DNA of 64,000 nt from Spongospora subterranea f. sp. subterranea (lineage: Eukaryota): assembly GCA_049724395.1 (NCBI GenBank), contig JAUGWO010000140.1:1-64000 (forward strand). The letters are read 5' to 3'. This document shows, piece by piece, positions 24,260-37,835 of this stretch. The translations under genes and the position numbers were made by a program. Within the stretch, counting starts at the first letter, position 1; each line of letters begins with the position of its first letter. A model generated the notes under the pieces. It was not told the origin of the DNA and ran no database searches. It saw nothing but the letters and a program-made list of their open reading frames with translations.

Positions 24260-26237
24260 ATGATCGCTAATAATGCATCGTGGGCTATCGTTTTTTGGCT
24301 GTTGATATGTACTTTGTCGAAAGGCCAAGCTAATTACGGCCGTGCCTCCAGCAGCTCTCAACCGCTGGATGATAATTGCCCCCCTAAAATCAATCAGCTG
24401 CGAATCATTCATACGAACGATATACATGCCCATTTGGATGAGTTCAACAGCGGTGGCAACGATTGCAAAGCGTCTCAGATCTTGTCAAACACGTGCTACG
24501 GTGGCATCGCCCGTATACGAACTGCTGTCGACACGATTCGCAAACAGGACAAAGACGTCCTATTTTTTGATGCTGGAGACCAGTTTCAAGGAACCTTGTT
24601 CTACACCATGTTTAAGGGCGCCAAGATCGCCGAGTTTATGAACGACATCAAGGTATGAGTCGGTTATAGCGTTGATACGATTTCATTGCTGATCTGAGTA
24701 GTACGACCTAATGTGCATTGGCAATCACGAGTTCGATGAATGGAGAGAAGGTTTTGTATGAATTTTTTCAGAAGCTCAAATTCCCGGTCGTGTCATCCAA
24801 TATCGACGTCAGTCATTCTACCATGCTGCCAGCCTCTGTTTGACTTATTAACTCAGATGAACACCACCTTGTACTTGCACAAGATCGTGCAGCCCTACGT
24901 TGTGTTGGAAAAATGTGTGATGAGGTTCCTAAGGAAATATTGGATTGCTTAACATCGTGGATAGATAACATCGGAGTGATTGGGTTCATCACGAACTTGA
25001 CTCGCCAAACCACCAGAGGCGCCATGAACTTAACATTCTACGATCCTGTGGGTCCTGTCCAAAGAACTGTCGATATTCTACACAAAAAGGGTGTTCGGAA
25101 GATCATTGCCGTATCCCATAATGGATATGGCGATGATATTCGAGTGGCTGCCAAGTAAAAGAACTGACTCGTCGTGTTCTCATTTGTTCTTAATTCTTTT
25201 TCGACATCCCAGTACATACGGAATCAACCTGATCGTTGGTGGGCATTCGCACTCCTTGCTTCTGAAAAACCAGTCGATTTCAGGAGTGGTTGGCCGATAC
25301 CCAACGCCTGTCAAAAATTTAAGAAACGACCTCACCTATATAGTCCAAGCTCATAGATGGGGCGATTATCTAGGAAATGTTCTGGTTAAATGTACATGAT
25401 GGTCGATTGAGCATCGGGCTGAATATTCTGAACTCAACTTGGGTAGGGAATGATAACGAGGAACTCGTATCTGTGCAAGGCGACCCTATTTTATTGGATC
25501 AAACCGTTCCTAAACATAACGAGACGGCTGTTAAAGTGGCAACATGGCGCCGAGCTTTTGATGGCATCGGCAATGAAATCATTGGACAGGCGACATCCCC
25601 ATTTGGGTTCGATTGCAAGGGCACGAATGTATGCCCTCTGGCTGAGTTGATTACCGACGCCATGCTTGAGGCCCATAAAGCACTAGGTGCCGATCTAGCT
25701 ATGACCAATTCAGGGGGTATTCGAGCTGGATTTCCTTCTGGCAATCTAACTTATCAGGACGCTGCGACAATCCTTCCATTTGGAGATGCTCTGGTAAGGC
25801 GATTGGAAACGACCCTTGCACAATCTTGAGTAACGTTCAATTAGGTTCATTTAACAATGAAAGGCTCTGAGATTATGGCGATGCTGGAAGCAAGCGCAGC
25901 AATGAAGAATCAGCCAGATCGAGGCGGAGGAAGTGTTTTAACAACTGCTCGATGGTCAGGTCTACGATGTACAGTTAATATGTCGGCACCGATCTTCCGA
26001 AGGGTGTCGGGTGTCACTGTTAGGAATCGATTAACAGCAGTTTTTACGCCATTGGATCTATTGGCGACCTATACAACAGTCGTTAATGATTTCGTCGTGA
26101 TTGGCGGTGATAATATCATCTATCCACCAGTGAGTAATGAAATCTTGACCGACAATTTCCTGGACGTGTTTGTTGCTTACATCCGAGCGACCACTCCCGT
26201 GTCGCCAACCAGCGATGGACGTCTCACTGTTGTATGA
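24260..26237 (+). CDS. Secreted 5'-nucleotidase/apyrase family (metallophosphoesterase + 5_nucleotid_C), spliced; +1 frameshift at ~24739
   Basis: Signal peptide; HTNDIH, DAGDQFQGT, GNHEFD, SHNG, GGHSH, NSGGIRA. Confidence 0.92.
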
Positions 26238-27374
26238 TTAGTTATCGGTCAGCGAGCATCAGCAAGGCATGGAAAATTCAATCCAATGCCATCTTTCAAT
26301 TAAGAAACAAAAATAAAACCAGTGTTAAAGGTTTGGTAGCTCGTCTCGTCGTATATAACAGACAACGAGTAATTCAAATTGAAGACGGTCAAGTGGGGAC
26401 AGCTCGTTGGGCATTTTGCACTTTCAGATGGCCACACGGGAGTTTGTAAACGCCAGGAAAACGCATGTGACCAACTGAAATCGCCCAGAGCAGAGCTAGT
26501 TTTACCACAAATTGGAAAACAGACTGAGTCTCCATTCAACATCTTCCATTTGCGGAAAAAATCTTCATGACCAATCATAGGTTTCAATCATTGACAATGT
26601 CGTGCAGCGATGGATTTTGAATTGCAGCTTCATTGATATCGATTAGCCGACATATATATTCAAACGAGTATGTACAGCTCACTTCTAATCGCAACATCGG
26701 GCACTTGATGGTCGAATCAACAGATCCTGTTGATTCCTCGACCCTAAATTATATTACGTGCCTCATGCCTGAAAAAACATGGGCAACGTGGCCTCAAGTC
26801 TGCAAATGCCAACCCAAGTTTCTTTCAATCATCGATTCGCTCAGTCAACAACTCCTTCAGTTGCGAATAAACCCTTCTATGATTGCAGTGGGAACAGACC
26901 TCGGGAAGACTGAAGCCCGCTTTGAGAACGCAGGATCGTGTGTAATGATCAGAGATGTACTGTACTCTCTTTATCGCTCAGAAAACCCACCTGGCAATGT
27001 TGTCCACACACCGACAGTCTACAGTTAGCGCAGCCCGTTTGTGAACCCATATCCACAAAGCCACGACGGAGTTTCGCGCCGACTTTGGTGTACACAACCA
27101 ATGGCTTATCAACAGAGTATACCCGTTGAGTGCAGTCATTAAATCGCCTATGAAATTCATCATTCAAACCCTTTATTGGCGATCAAATTCAGTCGGTCCT
27201 ACTCAGGTATTCAAAGAGAATACGTCGTGATAATTGGGGGTAGACAGACGGTTCGGGTTGCTTGTCAGTGAGAAGGCCCGATATCCAACAACGGCTGAAT
27301 GCAACGCCGCTCGACCAGACCTGTCGAGATGGACATGTATGTCGTGGTCCAATGTTGCTGGATAACTTCGTTCA

Positions 27375-29923
27375 GTGATCGTTAGGGAGCAAAAAGCGCG
27401 TTCAAGATCCAGTTTCAGTCGTGTAAAAAATCGGTCAATATCTCCCAATTTCGGAAGGTCGCATTTCAAAAAATCTAGTCGAAACACGGAGTTATCGCCC
27501 TCAGCTCTAGAAGATGGTGAAGTGATGATGGACGGTCGACCCTTTGATAAATTTAGTGGGAGAGGTCGGGAGATATGTTCGGTCAATCGACCGCACCTGC
27601 GCGCTAGAAGTCGCTCAGTCACCGATGTATCAGCGGTCAACGATTCCGATGCAACAGATATTCTTGATGTATGTCCAGAACTCATAGATATCTTCTGCTC
27701 ATTTTTCCAATGTTCAGAGATCTGCAAAAAACAGGAAGAAGATCCGGAACAAAGCGCATTTTCCCAAGTATCATTTTGACAAGTCAGTCCCGATTTGGGT
27801 TCGTTCTGTGCAAAATCACAGTTTTGTTTTTGCAGGACCCGGTTTGTGGAGCAGTTTCGCGCCGCCCTAGCGGCTAGGGATCATAGGTCTTGTTTCTATG
27901 CTCTGCTGCGACTATCAGTAAAGGGTGGGTTCGATTGGGTTCATCAGAATTTAAGTGAGGAAATTCATACTCTGGAAGACACTTTATGGTTCTGCACAGT
28001 ATGGCTCACTTTGCAAAATGGGAAATCCATTCTTACGCATTCCTGCAGTCGTTGATTGATTGCTGGAAGGATGCTTTTCGTAAAGAAAACCACATCGCTC
28101 GCCAGAAAAGTTTATCATGGCTTATCGGCCCTCTGTCGTCGCTCCTCGTACAGGTGTGTCGTACTCGCTTTCACCTTCTCTGCGGGAGTGAGCAAGAACG
28201 ATTGAGGAAAATTGTTTTGAGCTTTGGGTCCGGAATGGGATTGTTATTATTTGATCGTTTTGACTTATCAGCCTGAGTAGAGAATGTATTCCAGCTGTTT
28301 CGTGGTCAGTTTTAGTGATGTTTCTTCAGCTGCCAGTCCCCGAGGATGAGCATCTTATTCGTGCACGATTACTATTACAGGACACCAATCACTTGAACGA
28401 TGCATTCCACTTTATTAAGAATCTTTCATTGCAAAATTTGCTCAAATTTGAGGAAATGATCAGCCCATTCGTTTTCGAAAAGCAGTTAAAACTGGCCGCC
28501 GATTTGGTCAAAGATGATCCCGATCTTCAACATCAGTTCATCCTATTTTTGCGGCCTATCGATGCAAAGTTTGCCTACCGTATCGTTCTCGAGAATGAAT
28601 TGGACCCCAAACGCTACCTTGAAATTGAAGCTACAGCGAAGCTACCCACTTTACGTTGGTTGATGCAGCAACGTATGTTCTGCTCCGAATTAGACTTAAG
28701 TTAACTCTAATTATGTTTTTAGACAAGCTGGTGGAGTTTGCAGAGGAAATTTGCGGCGATAACATCGGTCTCCAGTGTGAAGTTTTAAAAATGACCCTAA
28801 GAAGTAAACACGTAAACGAGTTTGTTTTTTTGTTCGAAAAATTTGGTGCCGGGGCTGGCGACGACGACATGATTCGAGCTTATCGAGAATATCAACTTGC
28901 CCCATTGTAAGGATGTGGTGTGTTCTCAGTTCCAAGGTTTTAATCGTTTGTTTATTTCAGTGATGTTCCAACACCGTCTGTCGATAATGTTAATCTCGTC
29001 GACTATTTGACCCTTCCCGTCCCCCTGTTGTTTGAGCCTGATAATACAATTTTAGAGCAATGTCTGAATAACACCACCCTCATTGGAATCGACGCTGAGT
29101 ATAAACCGACATTTTGCAATTTTGTCAGTGGCACGCCTGCCCAAGCGGCAGTTCTTCAGGTAATTCTGTGGTTTTCAAACTGAATGACCGCGTTTTTATT
29201 GCAAAACATCTATCAGCTGTCGTCACAATCGGTTTCGATTGTTTTAGATATGTGTAAACCTTTGAGCAAAGAGCGGGCGAACATTATTCGTGGCGTCTTC
29301 CGAAATCCGAATATACTCAAGCTGGGGTTCGCGATTCGTGGCGACAGTAAGTACCATTTTAATTTGAGCAATTTATAATTGACGCTCAGCGAATCTCGTT
29401 TCAGTTCGTGCATTGTCAGCTACGTTTACCGACACCGATTGTTTTTCACTGGTCTCTCCAGTTCTTGATCTTCAGAAAGTGGCTCGGCACTTAGATGTCT
29501 CGGGTGATCAAAAATTGATCAGTACGCCATATTGCCGAGATGTAGTAATATACAGTCATTGGTATTTGCGATGTAGGTCTATCTAAGCTATGCGAGGCGG
29601 TCCTTCACAAACCTCTCTGTAAAACGGAACAAGTTTCCAATTGGGGGATAAGGCCCTTGCGAAAGGAACAGGTTTTTTTGCTGTAGTTTATGTTTTTTTT
29701 TATCAGCTGACTGGGATCATTTCAGTTATCGTATTGTGCCTTGGATGCGTATTGCCTAACCGATTTGTATTCGAAAATTGTGGATAGAAAATTGTTGAGC
29801 TCAGCGATCAAAGTTGGTAGCGAAGAGATAGTTGATGATCTAGTAATATTGCATTCAATGCATGAAACGATCTCCGATGCCAGATGCGGTAATGTACTGC
29901 ATGCAATGCAAGAAAGTGTATGA
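27375..29923 (+). CDS. DEDDy 3'-5' exonuclease, EXD3/mut-7-like; spliced, start uncertain
   Basis: IGIDAEYKP; AVLQL; ILKLGFAIRGD; LSKLCEAVLHKPLCKTEQVSNWGIRPLRKEQ; YCALDAYCL. Confidence 0.85.
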
Positions 29924-30064
29924 ATATACTTCTAATTTATATTAATTCTAAAGCACGTTATAAGTGTCCTTGTTCAATATGATATATGGATTATTGGCAT
30001 TGATCGGAGGTAATCGCCAATGTTCGTCCGAGATTCCAAGGCGATCATTCCGACGGACCGGTGA

Positions 30065-30855
30065 ATGACCATCATGGGAATATTCAGGTTCATGGTCTTG
30101 ATTTCGCCATTTCTCGCCTCCTAACATAAATTAACAGGCAGAACGTAATCTCGTTCGTTCTTCTTTGCAGCAGTTTCGTAATGGCTAAGCAGGTTCATTT
30201 CTCATCGTGCTCCCGAACGCAGGAGGATGATCTATCCCGCCTCGCAATCAGAGACGTTAGCAGCATTTTATCTACATGGGCAAATCCGTTGATTAGTAAG
30301 TCTGGTATTAGATAGACATCAGTCCATGGCCTGTCAAAGACGGATCCAATGCCCAAGCCGCTTTTCATATCGACCTCAAACAGCACATTGACCACGGTAG
30401 CCGTTACGATCTTCAGGTTGATCTCATGTTTGATCGTTATTATGTCTTATCCAAACATTGACGTTTTACTCTAAGATACGGATTGATCGCTATGTAGTCG
30501 TTCATGAAAAAGGTGATCTGTGTAAACTGGACCCTCACCTGACCTGTCCCAAAGACCCAGATTCCAATGTCTATATGAAATATGGATTCAAAATGCCGAA
30601 TCTGCCTATCAAGGGTACATTACATCTCAAAATTCAGATATGGAATCAACATAACCAAGAACGTAATACGATTGTTATTTGATAATAGCCTTCGCGTACA
30701 TTGATTCCTTCTTGGGCACAGTTTGTTGCGTCGAATTCAACATCGAAGTGGAACCCAGCGGCAAAGGAGGTGGAGTTATTTCAGGCATCCTTAACTCGTT
30801 AATGTCGGGAGGCAACATCACATCTAATATCGCTGTCGATTTTTTGACATTGTGA
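30065..30855 (+). CDS. Secreted ML-domain (NPC2/MD-2-like) lipid-binding protein, paralog 1, spliced
   Basis: Hydrophobic N-terminus; FSSCS; GDLCKLDPHLTCPKDPDSN; CVEFNIEV; shares motifs with the gene at 40410. Confidence 0.7.
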
Positions 30856-31090
30856 TCAGGTCTAAATAAACCTGAGCGTTGAATTTCGTTTTCTTGCTCG
30901 ACCTGGCCGGAATGTCGGATTTGAATTGAATATCTGGTGGCGTGACGTCATTGTGTGCTTGAGTCGTAGTGATCGTGAATCATTATAGTTGCTCATGTTG
31001 ATTCATCTTTATCGGAACCATTGGGCAATAATATTATCATTTTTCTATTGTCGCTTATTGGCACACGAGATATAATTCTCATTTATTATC

Positions 31091-33953
31091 ATGAAGCTAT
31101 TGATTTCGTCATTTTTCGTATTGATCGTGTGCGCCGCCGCACTAGGTGATAACGAACAATCGACAGATAACGATCGAGTTGTGAAGAAAAAAGTGATTAT
31201 CACAACGACTGTTGGCCTGAATGGATCGGTTCCCAACGCTGTACCAGTCAATTCGTATCAAGTATCGAAGCCAAATGTTCAAAATACTCAGGTATCGAGC
31301 GGAATGACGACAAACACCAAGAATACTCAAGTATCCCACCGGTGTTACACAGAATAATGTATCGTCTCGAACGAATATCGACAACACACTATCCATGAAT
31401 CAAGGAATAGCATCTCCCTCCCTCACTCCTCAATCGCAAATTTTAACGTCCCCTACATCATTCTCGCGAACGAATATCGACAACACACTATCCATGAATC
31501 AGGGAATAACATCTCCCTCCCTCACTCCTCAATCGCAAGGTTTAACGTCCCCTACATCATTCTCGGCGAATGTTCAAACGTCTCCGTTGGTAACCCCCGC
31601 TGACGCATCTAAAACTGTCTTACCGCAATCTCCAATGGTTTCGCCTCGTCCAACAACAGTGATATCATCTCCCGTTACCGCTCTTGCTCCTCCGCTTGTT
31701 CGTTTTGGCCCATCAGAACCTACATCATCGTTTGTAAAGGTTCCTGTGGCGCCAATGAGTTCTACTGGTGGCGCAGTGTTTCGCCCCGCCCCACAACCTG
31801 TTGATGTATCTCAACTTGGTCGAATTTCTGCTGTGGTTAACAACCCTGAGCCTGTCCCGACGAATCATGCCGTTATCGTTTCTGGACCAATCCCTACTCG
31901 ATCGGACTCAGGACCGCCACAAGTCCTCTTGCCGATTTCAGGGTTGATGACTTCTCCAGCGCCTGTCAATGATTCGCAGGTTCCAGTAGAGAACGCAATT
32001 CGCCGTTCGGTTTTGCCATCGGGAATTCCTCAAACTCAATGGGATGTGCGTTCTCCCGTTACACCCGTTGCATTTGTGGATGATAACTCTATCCCCTTAT
32101 TGAGTTCTGAACCGAAGTCCTCGTCTGATGGTCCGCAACTGCTGGTGATGGGCCCCCTTAAGGAAAACATGCCTGGCCCTTTGATGGCAATGAATCGGCC
32201 ATCTCCACCTAAAGACATCACTCCTGATAGCAGAGATACAAATATGTTCACATCAAGGCCATCTCTTGCATCCAACGTTGTTGTCGTTGGGGCTCCCAAA
32301 CTGTCCTCAGTTCCGTCACGACCTGATACGATCAATCTATCTCCCTCGAACCAAGACTTCCGTATAATTCGAGGCCCAACCAGCAGAATGTGGATTGTTC
32401 CACGACCAGGTTCGTCATTGTCTCGCGTTGATGGGCCGTTAAAAACTAGCATCACCATTGACGCCGCTTCTGTCGCCAACACCATTAACAACAACGGCGC
32501 CAACCACGATGTAAGGTCGCCAACAGTCAACATGCAGCAACAGCCATTGTCATCTACCATCACAGGATTTGCTTCGGAACAGCCAATTCTTCCTTCCACC
32601 ATCAATGGCCTTGAAGTTAATGCTCCACAAACTCCAAATGTTTTGCAAGTCGCTCAGATGCCAAATGTTGCTCAGCCGACAAATGTCTTTCAACCGCCAG
32701 TTAATCCTAGCTCGTCCACTTTCGACGTGTCCTTGACCAGTAATCGCCGAACGGATATCAATGACAACCGACAGATCACTAATGTTGATAATATCAATAC
32801 CAATTCCAACATCAACAATGTCAACAATAATGTGAACAGCAACACTGTCAACAATAACAGGGTGGACAACACTAACATCAACAATGTTAACAACGTAAAT
32901 AACACCTCTACGAATATCAATACCGTCAACGCAATAAGTACAAATACTCCAGCCCCTACGACGCCTGCTCCTACGACGCGTGCTCCTACGACTCCAGCTC
33001 CTACGACTCCAGCTCCTACGACACCTGCTCCTACGACACCTGCTCCTACGACACCTGCTCCTACGACTCCGGCTCCTACAACTCCTGCTCCTACGACGCC
33101 TGCTCCCACGACTCCAGCTCCTACTACCCCTGCTCCCACGACTCCAGCTCCCACAACTCCACCACCGACTAATGCGACAACTCCTGCCCCAACTACAATT
33201 TCACCAATTCCTGTCGTGCTCAATCGAACAACGGAAACGATCGAGATCAACGGGAAAAAGGAGAAGAAAGTGTTCCGTGAACCAAAGACGCCAGAAGAGC
33301 CGGAGCTGAAGCGAGCTGGAGAAAAATACCAACCGAAGATGGACAAGCCTGCGCTGACTCCTGAACACTCAACAGTAGCGGTGTGGACGGCAACGCCAAA
33401 CGAAGAGGAAGAGCCATCAACAGTCGAACAAGGTGAAGTTATTGCGCAAAGAAAGCTGAAAGTAGAAAGATTCGGATCCGACGCGGGAGCAAAAGGCGAT
33501 GTTGTCGAATCATCGGAGATTATCGATGCCGATACGTTAACTGCTAAACTTCCCAAGACAGGAACGCTAACGGCAGATCGCGTCTCTCATGTCGACCGTA
33601 AGTCCAAGGATGTTTTCAAGCGAGGAAGCGACAATGGACAGTTCGATGCTTCTGAGCGCAAGAACGTTATCTCCAAAACTGATGCCGAGAGTGCAGACGG
33701 TCGACGAGAGGTATCGGCAACGAAGGACCTAACGTCGAATGTAAGGTCGTTCGAGAATTTTGGAAATAACAGGACCAATGGCAGCTTCGTGGAGCTCGAT
33801 AATAAGCGAGTCGCTAAAGAAGTCGAAAAACGCAAAGACGGCAACACGGCGACAACTAAGATTCTCGACGCCTCTGCGAAATCCGTCGTTGAAGATTTCG
33901 ATGCACCCTCTCCCTCAAAAACGTCACGTCCAAAGAAAGGACCTTCTTTATAA
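31091..33953 (+). CDS. Secreted mucin-like Pro/Ser/Thr-rich protein with an Asn-rich tract and ~15 TTPAP repeats; +1 frameshift at ~31335
   Basis: Signal peptide MKLLISSFFVLIVCAAALG. Removing one C from ccc 31335-31337 joins it to the 852-aa ORF. Confidence 0.8.
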
Positions 33954-33992
33954 TACAATAATGATATGACTCGTTAGTAATAGCACCGGGAC

Positions 33993-34011
33993 AGTGTGTG
34001 TGTGTGTGTGT
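33993..34011. repeat. (GT)n microsatellite
   Basis: gtgtgtgtgtgtgtgtgt. Confidence 0.8.
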
Positions 34012-34542
34012 CATTCATCATTTAGTGCAATACACTGTCACCTACGATACAGGATATCATATCGACAGTGAGATCTGCAACGTGTGAGTGTGCGGGCCGC
34101 ATGGCACACGTCAAAGAGGGCATGCATTAACAAGCGTAGCCTACAGAGTTCGAAACCCAGCCAAACTGGTTTTTTCACCAGAAACCTACAGTACTCCTCG
34201 ACGCCAAAAAGGGGAAACAAGGCACACATGCAGCAGGGTGACCATAAGTATTATAGCGAAACGCCGCTGATATAATTGTTTTGTCGTCAGGTCCATATTT
34301 CAGTGGTCAAAAAATGACAACGACACATGAGGTTCCGTCGGCCGTCGCATTTCTGATAGCTCTAAGATCATCATTGACGTTTTCGCCTAATTCGGAGGGG
34401 TATCGATCGCAAACCAATATTTGCCGGATAACCATAATGGCCTAACAGCTTCGACAGAGATGGTAAGTTTCACAGATAGGATGCCTAGTTTCCAGCAGGT
34501 GAAATAAGTATGAAAAGAAACTTGGTGTATGATCGTCTAACA

Positions 34543-37017
34543 TTAACATTCAGATGGCGATAACTTCATTCGATATGGATGTTTGATATTCGAAAATTGA
34601 GAACCATTGTGTTTAGGATCCGATGATGTCAGTCTTGACCCGTCTGAACTATGGCCATCACTGGACGGTGCCTCCTGCTTTGAAGATGCCTTTAAAACGA
34701 AGCGTCATTTGATGAAAATCGAAGAGCCTGGTGAGAAATACCTCTTTCCGCTTCTTCTTAGGCCTGGAAGCATCACCACTCGAGGAATGCTTATTTTTCG
34801 AGGTTTTGGATTTTGGAACCGCTTCCTCTGATTCATCGTCATTCTCCGACTTGATCGACAAGGCTTAAAACAAATTTAGAAAAGAAAATAACGTGGAATA
34901 CCTCCTCTTCGTCATCCTCGCCAGCTTCTACATCCTCATCTTCGGACCCTGATGGATCGCCGGAGGCTCTCGATCTGGATGAATATTCATCTGAAACGTC
35001 TTCCTCACTGCCTGCTTCAAACGATTCGTCTTCATCTTCGTCTTCGTCTTCAGCCGCCTCCTCTGATTTCACAAAATCAAGAGTTAAGTTGAATAAAAAC
35101 CAGTTGGCCATCTTCACCGACCTTTCTCCGCGTTGACCACTCCGCGTATTTTGCGGCCAGACAAAGAAATTCTGGTATCGACTCCGTCAGGCTTATCATC
35201 GTCTTTGGCTATGTTAACGATGTGTAAATTCTTCGACTTGAGAAACTCTAGAAGAGGGCTAGCACATAAAATCAGCTACGGCCAATGAAGATGAAAGAGC
35301 AGGCAACTCAACCCATATTCGTCGCGATTGAGTTGCGTAAACACTAAGCTTCCTGGTTGCTGACGCTGAACAACTAAGTCGAAGGTTTTAGACTTGGCGT
35401 CAACGCGAGCAAACTCAAGGGATGCAATTTCATCATAACGTAAGAACGTTACAGGCTTGTTGATGAAAAAAAAACATTTTTCCAGTGGATGCAAATAGCC
35501 ATCGTTGGCTTTCAATGAGCAGCGTACAGCTTTACTGCCGTCTGCGCTACGGTAGCTACCGGAGATGACAATCTACTGATGATTACTATCACGATGAAAG
35601 CATGAGAAAAAGGCAAATTACTTTGCGGTTGGTAAGAGCACGGAAAACACGCCCGATAACGTCATGAACGGGCCCTTCCATTTCTTCCGATAACTTTCCT
35701 AAATAACCAATTTCGATGAATGCAAAATAGTAAAACTGGCGAAATTCTAACCCTTATATTTATCGTTGATAACCTGAGGGCTCAAATTTGGACGAAGTTC
35801 CAGCTCATCATCCGGATCAAACGACAATAGAAGATATGGATACATGGTACCACCTTGTCTGACCGCAGGATCGAGGCCAATGACCAAGATTACCTACATG
35901 GAGTTAGCTATGAGTCAAGTCTGAGAGCTTTATTACCTTATCTGGATTTTCAAGCATGAACAGCTGGCTCACGCTTTTATAAAGAATCTTGTATGTAAAG
36001 GTTTTGCCGTGTAAAGTAAGATAGCTGGCAAACATCTCGATTTCGTAGCGGCCCCGAGGAGATATAAGCAGAATTTCGGAGAAAGTAGCAATGCTTTCAT
36101 CCTGAAGAATGCAAATCAAATGTCACACGTTTCGTATCTGCTTCGAAAAAGCAACCAAACCTGAGACCCTGTGTGAATCCTTCTCCGAATATTGTCATTG
36201 AATGTGTTCACAGCGAGCTCTTGACGTTGGGACTCTTCGCCTTCCGCAACATCAAGGCCTAGAGGTGGGACGTAAAACCGCATTTCAACCTGATCAATGT
36301 CAATGCTGAACAATTATATTGGGAGCTTGACAACAATATTTCCGACCAGACGGTCTTCATCTCGAGGAGCCGTATCATCTTGATGCAGCTCAACTGAGAC
36401 CTCACTTTTTCCTAACATGAATTAGCACAAATACCAATGAGGATAATGCATCTCAGATTTCACCTTGGCGTGTAGTTTGAGATATGTCGCTGAGGGGAAT
36501 CTCAAAGGCACTAGCGTCGTTGATGTTGAACGCGACCTTGTTCTCGTCGACGTTGCAGTCACCCCAATTCCAACCAGATGTAGACAAAGACACTTTTTCG
36601 AAATTTATCTGATTAACTTCGGCGAAATCGGTGAACACGTCAAGTGTCTAAGATTCGAATTGAGAAACGACGTTAATATAGTCTGAGGTCGTTAAATTAC
36701 GTTTTCACTGAACCCTTGAAACACGAGGTTTGATTCTTCCTTCGTATCAAACATTAATTGAAAAAATTCATCCACTCTGCACCACTTCATGCTGATAACA
36801 TCTTTTGCCGAAATCTGAACTGATTTATCCTTGCTGTGCTTCGCGGCCCAAGAAAACCGTTGTCCATCAACAACTGCTGTCCCGATTGTCTGCGCAATTC
36901 AGGCGTTTAGGCTTCAACATAGACTATGGGTTTCGAGGTCGGCAATATGGGATGCCATACCCGTTTAGTCCTGGCAACCAAATTGATGTTGGCGAATTCG
37001 GCAGGCATGTTGGTCAT
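34543..37017 (-). CDS. SSRP1: FACT complex subunit SSRP1/Pob3, multi-exon
   Basis: EFANINL; SGWNWGD; AFEIPLSDI; EMRFYVP; PRGRYEIEMF..LHGKTFTYKI; KANDGYLHPLEKCFFF; acidic tail. Confidence 0.93.
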
Positions 37018-37835
37018 GGTCGACCCTTCGCTCAGACAGTATGAAGACGTACTGTACAGTGTACAATGGTGCCCCACAGTCAGGCAGCCGCTGCGTTACA
37101 CTCTAGTGTGTGAAGTCGCGCAGAGCAGAAGGGCCAAGGGGGGTAATGCATTGGTTGTGAAGGAGGTCCGCCTACTGAATGAGCGATGGATTGTGCTGCC
37201 TGGCTTATAAGAAGATATCCCAATCCATCCTCACGTCGTCCGAGAGCTGCTGTCGTATCTAATTTCAACTGTCTCTATGCAGCTAACCTCTATTGCTGCC
37301 GTTGAAATTCTGCCCGACAACGACTCAACGTCCATTCAGTAGGCCGACCTCTGGTTTATTTCAACCGAACAGGTTCGCATTTATAATTTTATGACCTTTC
37401 ATAAAAAACGGGCTCCTTCCGTCGCCTCAAATCGTGAACGTGGTCGAGTTCAGTGAAGGTCGGTCTGAATGAGGTGGGTCTGACTGACTGACCTGGACAG
37501 ACAAACGATGTATGATGTACCCATGGGAGACGGTAATCAGTCAACGGCTCGGGGGCCAACACGGTTTACACAGACCGGTCAGGGTTCGTTCACGGAGCAG
37601 GATACAGAAGATCGCAGGACGGAAAACGGTTTATCGAACAGTTCAGGGTGTGAAACTGGTTCAGGGCACGCAAAACTCCAGGGTCGAACAGTTCACTGTT
37701 TAAAGACGGTTCAGAGCTCAATACAGCAAGATCCACCGGTCAGGGAGTTATACATCGGACTGCCACGTCTGGTTCTTATTGCCCTTTAATTTCGTCGGCG
37801 ATCTCTGGTTTTGGCGATCATCCGTGGTTGGTCTC

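Noticed and set aside
26300..27170. Short ORFs on both strands between the nucleotidase and the exonuclease
   Set aside because: No consistent gene model or motif
32036..33958. Long minus-strand ORFs (VVGAG repeats)
   Set aside because: Antisense shadows of the TTPAP mucin
37506..37757. Possible solo LTR or MITE (cgatgtat...atacatcg)
   Set aside because: Only an ~8-bp inverted match, with no TSD and no second copy in the window
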